Shown here: one piece after another, positions 49,304 through 64,000 of the stretch | Layout of the letters: the number at the start of each line of letters is the position of its first letter | Position numbering within the stretch: the first letter of the stretch is position 1 | Origin: the human T2T-CHM13v2.0 reference genome, Homo sapiens | Strand: one strand, 5' to 3' | DNA length: 64,000 nt | NCBI RefSeq assembly: GCF_009914755.1 | Contig: NC_060931.1 | Notes under the pieces: generated by a model | Databases searched by the model: none | Seen by the model: the letters and a program-made list of their open reading frames with translations, nothing else | What the model was told of the DNA's origin: nothing | Made by a program: the position numbers and the translations under genes

Positions 49304-50979
49304 TTCACATATATTAGACTATTAATTATTGCTCTATCTTGTAAAATGTCTTGTAAAATGTTTTTACTCTGTGTGTCTGTGTGTGTGTGTGTGTTTCAGT
49401 TTGGGTAATTCTCACTGACCTCCCTTAACATTCAGTTATTTTCTGAGTGGTGTCAAATGTTTCAATGAGCTCTCTAAAGGCATTTTTAAAATCTCTGTTA
49501 TTTCTGTTTAAAAAGTATTTCTAACATTTACAGTTGACCCTTTCTTACACCCTTTCTTTCACCTCTGCTGAAATTTCTCATGGTTCATGAATATTTTTCA
49601 CCTTTTCTACCAGAGCCTTTAACATATCAATCATAGTCATTTTAAAATCTCTGTCTTATAAGTCACTTCTGAGTCTAGTTCTCTTGATTGATTTATCTCT
49701 TGACAGAGGAGTGTTTTCACTTGCTTTTTTGATGTGTCTTGTAATTTTCGATTGAGTGCTGGGCATGGTATACAGAACAGTAGAGGCTGAAGTAAAAATT
49801 TATGCCTGAAAATGGCAAGCCTTTTCTTTTGCTTGGCTGCTAGTATGGAGGGGGGGAGTTGAGTCAATCTGGTCAGGAATGAAACGAATTGGGTTTTGTT
49901 GTTGTTATATTTACCATCAATGCACTACCAGCTTGCATTTTTCTAGAGGTGTCTTGTGCTTGCTGTGGGGGCTGGGTTGCTGAAGGGTTTTTGTCAATGC
50001 TTCCATGACACTGTCATCTTTTGGCCTTCCCTGTGTGCCTGCATCTCAGAGAAGATTTCTATGTTCTTGGCTCTCCTACTGCAGTAGACTGATTGCTGTC
50101 ACTTGGTGCTTACTAGCCTGGTGGTGGTGGACAAAGATATTCCTTGTTTTCCTGGTCCAGCCTCAATCTTAGGCAGGTCTTGTGTCCCTGGGTCTTGGCA
50201 GTGGGATTTTGTCAGTGGTCCTACCCTCCTACTTATGGTAGGCAAACTCTGCCTTGCATCCTTGATGTGCTTTCTGCAGGAGAAAATTTATTGTCCCTCA
50301 ACCAGCAAAAGACCTCCAATGGAATTAGTATAAAATTTTGGGCCCTGAATGATTTCCTGCTCCTCCTTTTAAGATATATTTTTATTATTTTACTTTTCTC
50401 CCACCTGTAATGGGTCTTCACCTGTGTCCTGGGGGTGACAGTGTTTTCTGCTCTTCACCCAGCAGCTTATGGCCTTTGTTCCAAGAGGACAAGTGTCTCA
50501 GTGAGTTCTGTGTCTCTCCTACAGGAGCAGCTCCTCCCCTCATCCAGGCATGCATGCAAGGGAGGTTTGCTCTAGTGTCCCATCCTATGTCTCATCTTTT
50601 GTGTAAGCTCCCAATGGAGAGATGAAGAGAAAAGCCCACGTTTGCACCAGAGCTCTATACTCTCATACTAGACCTCCCTTGGTCTTTAGAAATTCGTTAA
50701 AATTTTTACCTAAATTCTTCTTACCTATTTGTCACCTGGAGCCTTTTCCTCCCATGCTCTGTCAGAGTTGATTCAGTGACTGCATCCCATTTTTCCTTAG
50801 TAGGGCCCATCTTTCCTTAGATTTCAGACTATTTGGTTGCCCTGCAACTTCAGCTTTCTGATGGGTTCAGGAAAAGTGATGGTTTTCTTATTGTTAGGAT
50901 AGGAGTGACATTCTTTCTGGCTTTGTACCTCCAAGGCAGAAACAAAACTCTGGTTTTTCCACTTTGAAAAGAAAGAAAC

Positions 50980-51469
<490 letters not shown>

Positions 51470-51802
51470 TCAAAAGATGTGACAATCCATTCAGACAAAG
51501 GCCGAATAATGCACTAGGGCCGAGGCTGTATCTCAGCCCCACAGATTGATCCCATCAGAGGTGAGAGCTGGAGCCTTGTCCCCTGATACATGTGATGGAA
51601 GAGAAGCAGGAGCTGAGCAAGTGCTGACCTTTGCACAGTGAAAGGCGGCTGGCATATAGTACTACATCCCCAAAGTATCCAGCAAATGAACCCCCAAATG
51701 TCTCCCCCCCAGCAACTCAGACTGCTTCATGCATGGGGGTTTTCATCTCCTGATTTGGGTAGCTTCAGAGTCCTGCCTGTTTTATTCCCACCCCTCCCCC
51801 AA

Positions 51803-51807
51803 TTTTT

Positions 51808-51868
<61 letters not shown>

Positions 51869-51949
51869 TTTCTTTCCTTCCTTCCTTCTTTCTGTCTTTC
51901 TTTCTTTCTCTCTCTCTCTCTCTCTTTCTTTCGTACTTCTTTCCTTATT

Positions 51950-51950
<1 letters not shown>
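51803..51950. repeat. (TTTC)n/(CT)n microsatellite forming an Alu tail
   Basis: Read directly. Confidence 0.93.
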
Positions 51951-52274
<324 letters not shown>

Positions 52275-52394
52275 TAAAATTCACCGTTTAAAGTGTACAG
52301 GTCAGTGGTGTTTAGCATATTCACATGAACTGATTTGTTCTTTAGATCTTAGTGACTTCTGAGTAGGATATGAGGTTATTTATTTACAAAATTA

Positions 52395-52808
<414 letters not shown>

Positions 52809-53079
52809 TTAGCTTAAGTCCCCTGGCAGAGAAGAAAAAAGGGAAATGGGTTGTATAATTCTCATTGTCTGAGAAAACAATGAAGATACATTTCTCAAGG
52901 GAGATGCTCTTTCTTGGCAAAGACTCCAAGCAGGGCATTTGCATAAAGACATTATACATGACTCTTATTGATATACCAAAGACTTCTATTCAGAACAGTA
53001 CTGACATTTCTCCACTTAAATAAATTATTTACTCAATAGATTTGTTGGCAGTAATAAAATGTCTAGTGTAACACTGCAA

Positions 53080-53265
53080 TTAAGAACACAGGCTTTAGAG
53101 TCAGAAAACTTCACCAACTTACCGTCTTGTGTAACCTTCTGCAAGTTGTTTTGTCTCTATAAGTCTTAGTTGCCTCATCTGTAAATGGGGTTAATGATAG
53201 TTTTTCTATCAAAGGATTTTGGTGTAAGGATTTAGTGATAAAGGAAGGTTAGGATGGTGCCTACA
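53080..53265 (+). mobile_element. MIR
   Basis: ttaagaacacaggctttagagtcaga...cctcatctgtaaatggggttaatgatag. Confidence 0.75.
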
Positions 53266-53295
53266 CTGTTTCTCCACTATAAAGATATTTTATCT

Positions 53296-53926
<631 letters not shown>

Positions 53927-54000
53927 TAAGTATCTTTTAAGGTGGTACTTTGTGATTATGTAAATATCCTGTTACTCCTCAAAGTTTTACCCACTAGTTT

Positions 54001-54554
54001 TGTTACAGGAAAGGGGTTCCAATCCAGACCCTGAGAGAGGGTTCTTGGATCTCACGCAAGAAAGAATTCATAAAGAGTCCATAGAGTAAAGTGAAAGCAA
54101 GTTTATTAGGAAAGTAAAGGAATAAAAGAATGTCTACTCCATAGATGGAGCAGCCCTGAGGGCTGCTGGTTGCCTATTTTAGTGGTTATTTCTTGATGAT
54201 GTGCTAAGCATGGGGTGGATTATTCATGCCTCCTCTTTTTAGACTATTTAGAGTAATTTCCTGACGTTGCCATGGCATTTGTAAACTGTCATGGCGCTGG
54301 TGGGAGTGTAGCAGTGAGGATGACCAGAGGTCACTCTCATCACCATCTTGGTTTTGATGGGTTTTGGCTGACTTCTTTACTGCAAACTGTTTTATTAGCA
54401 AGATCTTTATGACCTGTATCTTGTGCCGACCTCCTATCTCATCCTGCGACTTAGAATGCCTTCACTGTCTGAGAATGCAGCCCAGTAGGTCTCAGCCTCA
54501 TTTTACCCAGTTCCTATTCAAGATGGAGTTGCTCTGGTTTAAATGCCTCTGACA
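54001..54554 (-). mobile_element. ERV1 solo LTR, MER41A-like
   Basis: Termini tgttacaggaaagggg...caagatggagttgctctggtttaaatgcctctgaca; about 554 bp. Confidence 0.88.
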
Positions 54555-55250
54555 TTTCTATCATCCACTGATAGTTCTTACCCAAATCAATCATTCCTAG
54601 GGTAACTGCCAAATGGTGATCTTCTAATGCTGTCATTCCTTCTGCAATTATTTGCTGACTTTCTACAGTAAGAAAGAGCTTTATGAAATGAAAGAAAATC
54701 TAAATAAGTGAAAACACTTATTTAGAACATTCTTGTTCATGAATCAGAAAACTTAATATTGTTAAGACAGCAATACTCTCCAGATTGATCTATAAATTCA
54801 ATGCATTCCCTATCAGAATCCCAGCTGATGTATGTGTGTATGTGTGGTTTTATTTTGTTTTTGTTTTGTTTTGTTTTTGCAGAAATTAACGAGCAGACCC
54901 TAAAATTGACAAGGAAATGCAAGGTACCCAGAGCAGCCAAATGATCTTGAAAAAGAACAAAGTAGGACTCGCACTTTCTGAGTTAAAACTGACTTCAAAA
55001 CTCCATTAATCAAGACAGTGTGGTCCTGGCATAAGAGTAAACATATAGATGAATGGAGCAGAATTTTTAGTGCAGAAATAAACTTTTAAATCATGGACAT
55101 TCAACTTTTGACAGAGTTGCCAAGACAGTTCAATGGGGGAAATGTTAGTCTTTTCAACCAATGATGCTGGGACAACTGGATATCCATTTGCAAAAGAATG
55201 ATGCGAGATCTCTGTCAGACCATACACAAAACAATCAAAATGGATCAAAG

Positions 55251-55698
<448 letters not shown>

Positions 55699-55747
55699 TC
55701 ATATATCTGATAAGGGGCTTGTGTCCAGAAATCGTAAAGGACCCCTA

Positions 55748-56708
<961 letters not shown>

Positions 56709-56817
56709 TTAAACACAGGGTTATATGGCCCAGCAAATCCACTCATAGAGAAACCCACCCAAGAAATTAAGGCATATAGTCACGCAAAAATTTGCAGGTG
56801 AATGTTCATAGCATATT

Positions 56818-57111
56818 CATTTATTTATTTGTTTATTTTTATTGAGACAGAGTCTCAATTTATCACCCATGCTGGCATGCAGTGGGGCGATCCCAGCTCA
56901 CTGGAACCTCTGCCTCCCGGGTTCAAACAATTCTCCTGAGTAGCTGGATTACAGGTATGCGCCACCACATTTGGCTAATTTTTGTATTTTTAGTAGAGAC
57001 AGTGTTTCACCATGTTGGCTAGGCTGGTCTCGAACTCTTGACCTCAAGCAATCCGCCTATCTTGGCCTCCCAAAGTGCTGGGATTACAGATGTGAGCCAC
57101 TGTGACCAGCC
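56818..57111 (-). mobile_element. Alu (S-like)
   Basis: Antisense Alu inside L1. Confidence 0.93.
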
Positions 57112-58473
57112 ATAGCAGCATTATTTATAAGAACTAAATAAATCATGGAAGGAACCCATATGACTATCAGCTGATGAATGGATAAATGAAAATGTGCTGT
57201 GTGCATACGATGGAATATTATTTGGCAATGGAAAGGAATGAAGTAGTGATACATGGTACAACGTAGATGGATGGACTTTGAAACAGTATGTGAGATAAGC
57301 TGATGACTACATATTATATGAACCCATTCCCGTGATTTGTTCAGAGTAGGCAGATCTACAGAGACAAAGTAGATTAGTGGTTGCCCAAGGCTGGAGGGCA
57401 TTGGGGAATAACTACTAATGGTACAGGGCTTCTTTCTGGGATGATGAAAATGTTCTAAAATTAGATGTGGTGATGGCTGCACAACTCTGTAAGTATACTT
57501 AAGCCACTGAATTGTATGATTTAAATGGGCAAATTGATGTACGAATTATATCAATAAAGTTGCTTAAAAAAACAATATATAAACATTAAAAGAATCAAAT
57601 ATATAAAAAGGAAGAACTTTCTCCCCCATTTCCTTATTTATGTATGGCCATGTGGATTTGTGCATTCCATAGGTTAGAATCCTTTATTATCATATTTATT
57701 TTGATGCTCAAAGTGGTCCATATTTTACCAGTGGCAACACCTTCCAGCAACCATTGTGTCCTCTTGACAGTCTCCTATGATTCTTTGAGCATTTCTTTAC
57801 TATTGTTTTCTTTACTTTTTGGTACAAGATAGTCCAGTCTTGCCTTGTATTTTTCTCATCTCACCCTGGAGTCAGCTGTCTCCCCAAAGAGCCTTGGTTC
57901 CTTTTGGTAGAGAATAGTATTTAGAAACCAAAATCTGGGCACTAGATGTGTTCATTGCTAGTGAGGTGTCAGCATGCAGAACTGAGAAATAGATATTGGT
58001 AAATTCATGCACACATACATACATAGCTTTACAATCTTCATCTGCTTCTAAATCTAGTTATACTAAAACCCATGAGTTCACACTCATACAATTCAATTTC
58101 AACCCAACACCACAGGGTTCATTCCATCCTTCCCCCTTTCCACTCCTTTTCTGACAGTAAGAAACCAGACTCCTGTTATCCACAATAAATGTACTTACTC
58201 ATTTGCTCAATCCCAGGATGATCAGAAAGTAGTTTCAGAATTGCTAGCTCATGTCTCTAAGAAAAAAGAAAGCTACTAATTAGAGTTCAATATTTATTTA
58301 GAGTTCTTTTTGTTTTTTACCTGAGGACATATAGTTCAAATTCTGTTTTCAAAAAGTTAATTGGGTTTGTTCTTTTTCCCCCTATTTCAGTGTGGTTATG
58401 CTGCTCATTGGAATCATGGTTCAGTTTGGGTTTTTTAAAGTCAATTTTAGAATTCTTCCCTGATCCTTGTTGA

Positions 58474-58889
58474 TTTCCTTCCTTCCTTCCTTCCTCTTCC
58501 CTCCCTCCTTCCTTCCTTCCTTCCTCTTCCCTCCCTCCTTCCTTCCTTTTCTCCTTCCTTCATTCTGTCTTTCCTTCCTTTCCTCTTTCCTTCTTTCCTT
58601 CTCTGCTTTTCTTTCCTTTCCTATTTTCCTTCCTTTCCTCTTTCCTTTGTTCCTTTCTTCCTCTGTCTCCCTTTCTCCTTCCTTCTTTCCTTCCTTCCTC
58701 CCTCCTTCCTTCCTCTTCTCTCCATCTCTTCCTCCCTACTTTCTTCCTTTCTCTCTGTCTCCTTCCTTCTTTCCTTTCTTCCTTCTTCCCTTCCTCCTTT
58801 CCTCCTCCTTTCCTCCTTTTCTCCTTCCTTCTTTCTGTGTAAAACCTTACTTTTTTCTTTCTCTTCCTTTCTTTCTGTGTAAAACCTTA
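58474..58889. repeat. (CCTT)n/CT-rich tract ending in duplicated ttctttctgtgtaaaacctta
   Basis: Read directly. Confidence 0.92.
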
Positions 58890-59192
58890 ACATGGTCCTG
58901 AAGTCAGGATCATACAAAAAGATATGTTCAGAGGAGTGTCATTTCCCCTCCCGTTCTTTCTGTCCTACTTACTCCATCCCCAATCATATCCTGTAGGTAA
59001 CCAATCACATTAGCCTCTTGTTTATCCTTCCTATAGTTCTCTTCAGCCAAATGAGCAGATAGATGTATATTTTCTAATTCACCTTTTCCTCTGTACAAAA
59101 GGTAGCATACCATCAATGCTCTTTCACATTTGACTTTTTTTTCACTTAAGAATATATCCTAGGAAGTAGTCTCAATAAATTCATAGAGATCT

Positions 59193-59495
<303 letters not shown>

Positions 59496-59881
59496 TGAGA
59501 TCTTATTTTTTACTGCTGCATAGGACTCCGTGGAGTGGATGTACTACAGTTTATTCAACCACTCTGTTGCATAGGTGAATTTAGTTTCCAATATTTTCCA
59601 TTGTTGGAGGTGGTGTGTTCAGCAAAAATTCCTAGAAGCGGGATTACTGGGTCAAAAAGTAAAAGCATATGTAGTTTTGTGAGCTAGACAAATTCCCTCT
59701 ATAAGGGTTGTAATAATTTTCACTCTCATTGATAATCTGTAAGAGTGTCTATTTCCCTACAGTCTCCACAACACAGTAAGTTGTTATGCTTCTTAATTCT
59801 TTGCCAATCTAATAGAAGAGAAATGGTATCTCAATGCAGTTTTAATGAGCATTTCTCTTATCATGAGTGAGGCTGAACGTA

Positions 59882-60169
59882 TTTTTTTTTTTTGAGACGG
59901 AGTCTCACTATCGCCAGGCCGGAGTGCAGTGGCATAATCTTGGCTCACTGTAATCTCCGCCTCCTGGATTCAAGTGATTCTCCTGCCTCAGCCTCCTGAA
60001 TAGCTGAGACTACAGGCGTGCGCCACCACACCCAGCTAATTTTTGTATTTTTAGTAGAGATGGGGTTTCACCATGTTGGCCAGGACGGTCTTGATCTGTT
60101 GACCTCATGATCCACCCGCCTTGGCCTCCCAAAGTGCTGGGATTATAGGCATAAGCCACTGCGCCCAGC
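59882..60169 (-). mobile_element. Alu (S-like), TSD gctgaacgtatttt
   Basis: Flanking direct repeats. Confidence 0.95.
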
Positions 60170-60185
60170 TGAACGTATTTTTATA

Positions 60186-60981
<796 letters not shown>

Positions 60982-61124
60982 TGAACTTTAAGGACCATTT
61001 TTATTTCATTTTTTCACTTTATAAATTATGTTTATAAAGTTAATGTTAATATTAATTTATAAAGTTGTTAATATTCATGAATTAAATTTATAAATTAATA
61101 AATTTTAAAGTATCTTAGTTGTCT

Positions 61125-61429
<305 letters not shown>

Positions 61430-61446
61430 TCTTCATTGTCTTTTGA

Positions 61447-61778
<332 letters not shown>

Positions 61779-62148
61779 GATGCATTCTCCTAAATTATGT
61801 TCTGGATTATATATCCTCCTTCCAAAGGTACATTATTATGCTAATATTAGTTACATTGCATATTGCTTACTATTAGCTAATAGACCAAACATTTTAATAA
61901 ATACTGCTGTTTTTATAGAAATCACACGGTGAGTAGAATAGCATGCTAATTTTTTGTTTGGTTTTTGCCTGCTAACTTTTGACCCCACTATAGGAAGTTT
62001 TCCCATTTGGACCATATCTCTAGCTTAAGTGCCATCATTGATCCGCTGGAAGTTACCCAAATTTCAGGCATGAACCCTGGAAAGAAAGAAATGGCTTATG
62101 CATATAAACCTTGTCAAATTTGATCTATAATGTGGCCAGTGTTAGTCC

Positions 62149-62199
62149 CTAAGGCCTTGCTGAGAATTATTCATCTCTAAGGCTTTGCTGAGAATTATT
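62149..62199. repeat. Direct repeat ctaaggc(c/t)ttgctgagaattatt x2, 28-bp period
   Basis: Read directly. Confidence 0.88.
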
Positions 62200-62832
62200 T
62201 TGTCAGAGCAGAAGTGCTAGGGGCATCCAGGTAGCTTGGAGCAGCTGGCCCCTTGGGGGTAGGAAGAAGACACACTAAACACAAGCAAATCCTTCTTTAT
62301 AATTTTCCCCAACACAGGCCTTCCCCTGATATCCAAAGAGGTTGTTATTTCTAACATACCATAGTACCGAAGAACTGGGCAGGCATCTTCTTCATTTAAG
62401 AGGGAGTTGCCATGAATACAACAGGTCAAGGAGTTCGGGAGATCCTTACCTGTCATCCTGCCCTGGTACTAGCAAAGGGAGGAAGTAGATCAGGGAAAGG
62501 CATGTGGAAGAAAAGTGTTTTTATTTTTATGTTTTATTTTCACGTTTCAGCTGTTTTAGGGTCATCAGCCAACCTTTACAGTGTCTTCCCATAAAGTAGT
62601 TAAGAGTCTAAATTGAGGAGCAACTGCATTTTTCAGACAGGGAAAAGGAAGCTGAGAGTTGAGCCACAGGGTAACTGGTCCTGTTTCCCAACCCACTGCA
62701 TGGCCTCAAGGATCAGAGGTCCCCTGGCTTTTCTCTCCACCACTCACCTGGCAAATGCCTGTTGTTTACCCTGTGTGCTTGGCATTGTATGAGGTACCAT
62801 TACCTGAAAAACAGTTTAGGGGACGTTTGCTC

Positions 62833-63225
62833 TGTTTCTATCTTAGTCAGCCCAGGCTGCCATAACAAAATAACACAGACTGGGCAGCTTAAGCAACAGA
62901 CATTTATTTCTCATAGTTCTAGAGGCTGAGAAGTCCAAGATCAAGACGTCAGAAGACCTGTTCCTGGTGAGGGCTCTCTTTCTGGCTTGCTGAGGGCCAC
63001 CTTCTGGCTGCGTCCTTGTATAAACATTCCTCTGTGCATGGGTAGAGAAACAGATATATCTCCTCTTCTTATAAAGATATCTTTCCTATTAGATTAGGGC
63101 TCTACCTTTATAACCTCATTTAACCTTAGTCACCACCTAAAGGCCATATCTCCATATATAGTCACTCTGGGAGTTACGGTTTCAATATATAAATTTGGGG
63201 GTTGGGGGGATACAACTCACACTGT
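62833..63225 (-). mobile_element. MaLR solo LTR (MLT1A-like)
   Basis: ggctgccataacaaaataacacagactgggcagcttaagcaacagacatttatttctcatagttctagaggctgagaagtccaagatcaag. Confidence 0.88.
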
Positions 63226-63267
63226 AATGATTTCTTTCTGGAATTTTAAGATCTTGAAAAAGAGTTG

Positions 63268-63602
<335 letters not shown>

Positions 63603-63764
63603 TTACCTATTGGCCAAGGCATCTGAGATCACCTAGTCTGTGGGACAAGTGGGAAAACTGGGTTAAAAAATTCTTATTCTTCCAAATAGACAAGAGCAAT
63701 GAGATGGAGCCACAAAATAGTCACGCCTCTAGCACACACTCATAAACTGGTTGGGTAGAGAGTC

Positions 63765-63850
63765 ACTTACACAGTCCTAGCCTTGTGCCTTGCACATAGT
63801 AGGTGTTCCATCCAAACTGGCTGAATGAATGAACAAATGAATGAGTGTGT
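63765..63850 (+). mobile_element. L2 3' end
   Basis: gtgccttgcacatagtaggtgttcc...tgaatgaatgaa. Confidence 0.65.
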
Positions 63851-64000
63851 GAACGACAATGATTTCCACTGAATGTGGTAAATGTCCAATACCTAGGATT
63901 TTAATAAAAAGAGGCTTGCTGTCTCCCTTCTGTCTGCCATTCACACAATTCTGAGCTTGAAGCTGAGCATCTCATTTTTCAGCCTTGGGTTTCTCTTACT

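Noticed and set aside
62291-62452. Strong-looking + strand acceptor at 62317 and minus-strand donor near 62448
   Set aside because: No convincing partner splice site or recognisable coding frame

Overview
Human (or closely related primate) genomic DNA from an Alu-dense non-coding region, either intergenic or within a large intron. I cannot assign the locus. About 62 Alu elements (roughly 18 kb, about 29%) are interleaved with MaLR LTRs (MLT1, MST), ERV1/ERVL-type solo LTRs (MER4-, MER21- and MER41-like), old L1M/L1PA fragments, L2, MIR, a Tigger2-type DNA transposon and many simple repeats. I recognise no protein-coding exon, tRNA, rRNA, snRNA or CRISPR array. The ORF-track entries are Alu or simple-repeat translations, or short chance ORFs. 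I cannot support a novel biological system here. The most notable sequence-level observations are: (1) a 1.35-kb TACC/TGCC/TATC array with higher-order units and dense splice-donor and MBNL-type motifs; (2) a young AluYa5-lineage insertion with a perfect 16-bp target-site duplication (TSD); (3) a twin-primed (5'-inverted) old L1MA; (4) local duplications, nested Alus and closely spaced inverted Alus; (5) a GGAA microsatellite; and (6) several repeat-free, motif-rich islands and candidate + strand exons that may be enhancers or lncRNA exons. Repeat subfamily names come from remembered consensus sequences and boundaries are approximate (about +/-10-20 bp).
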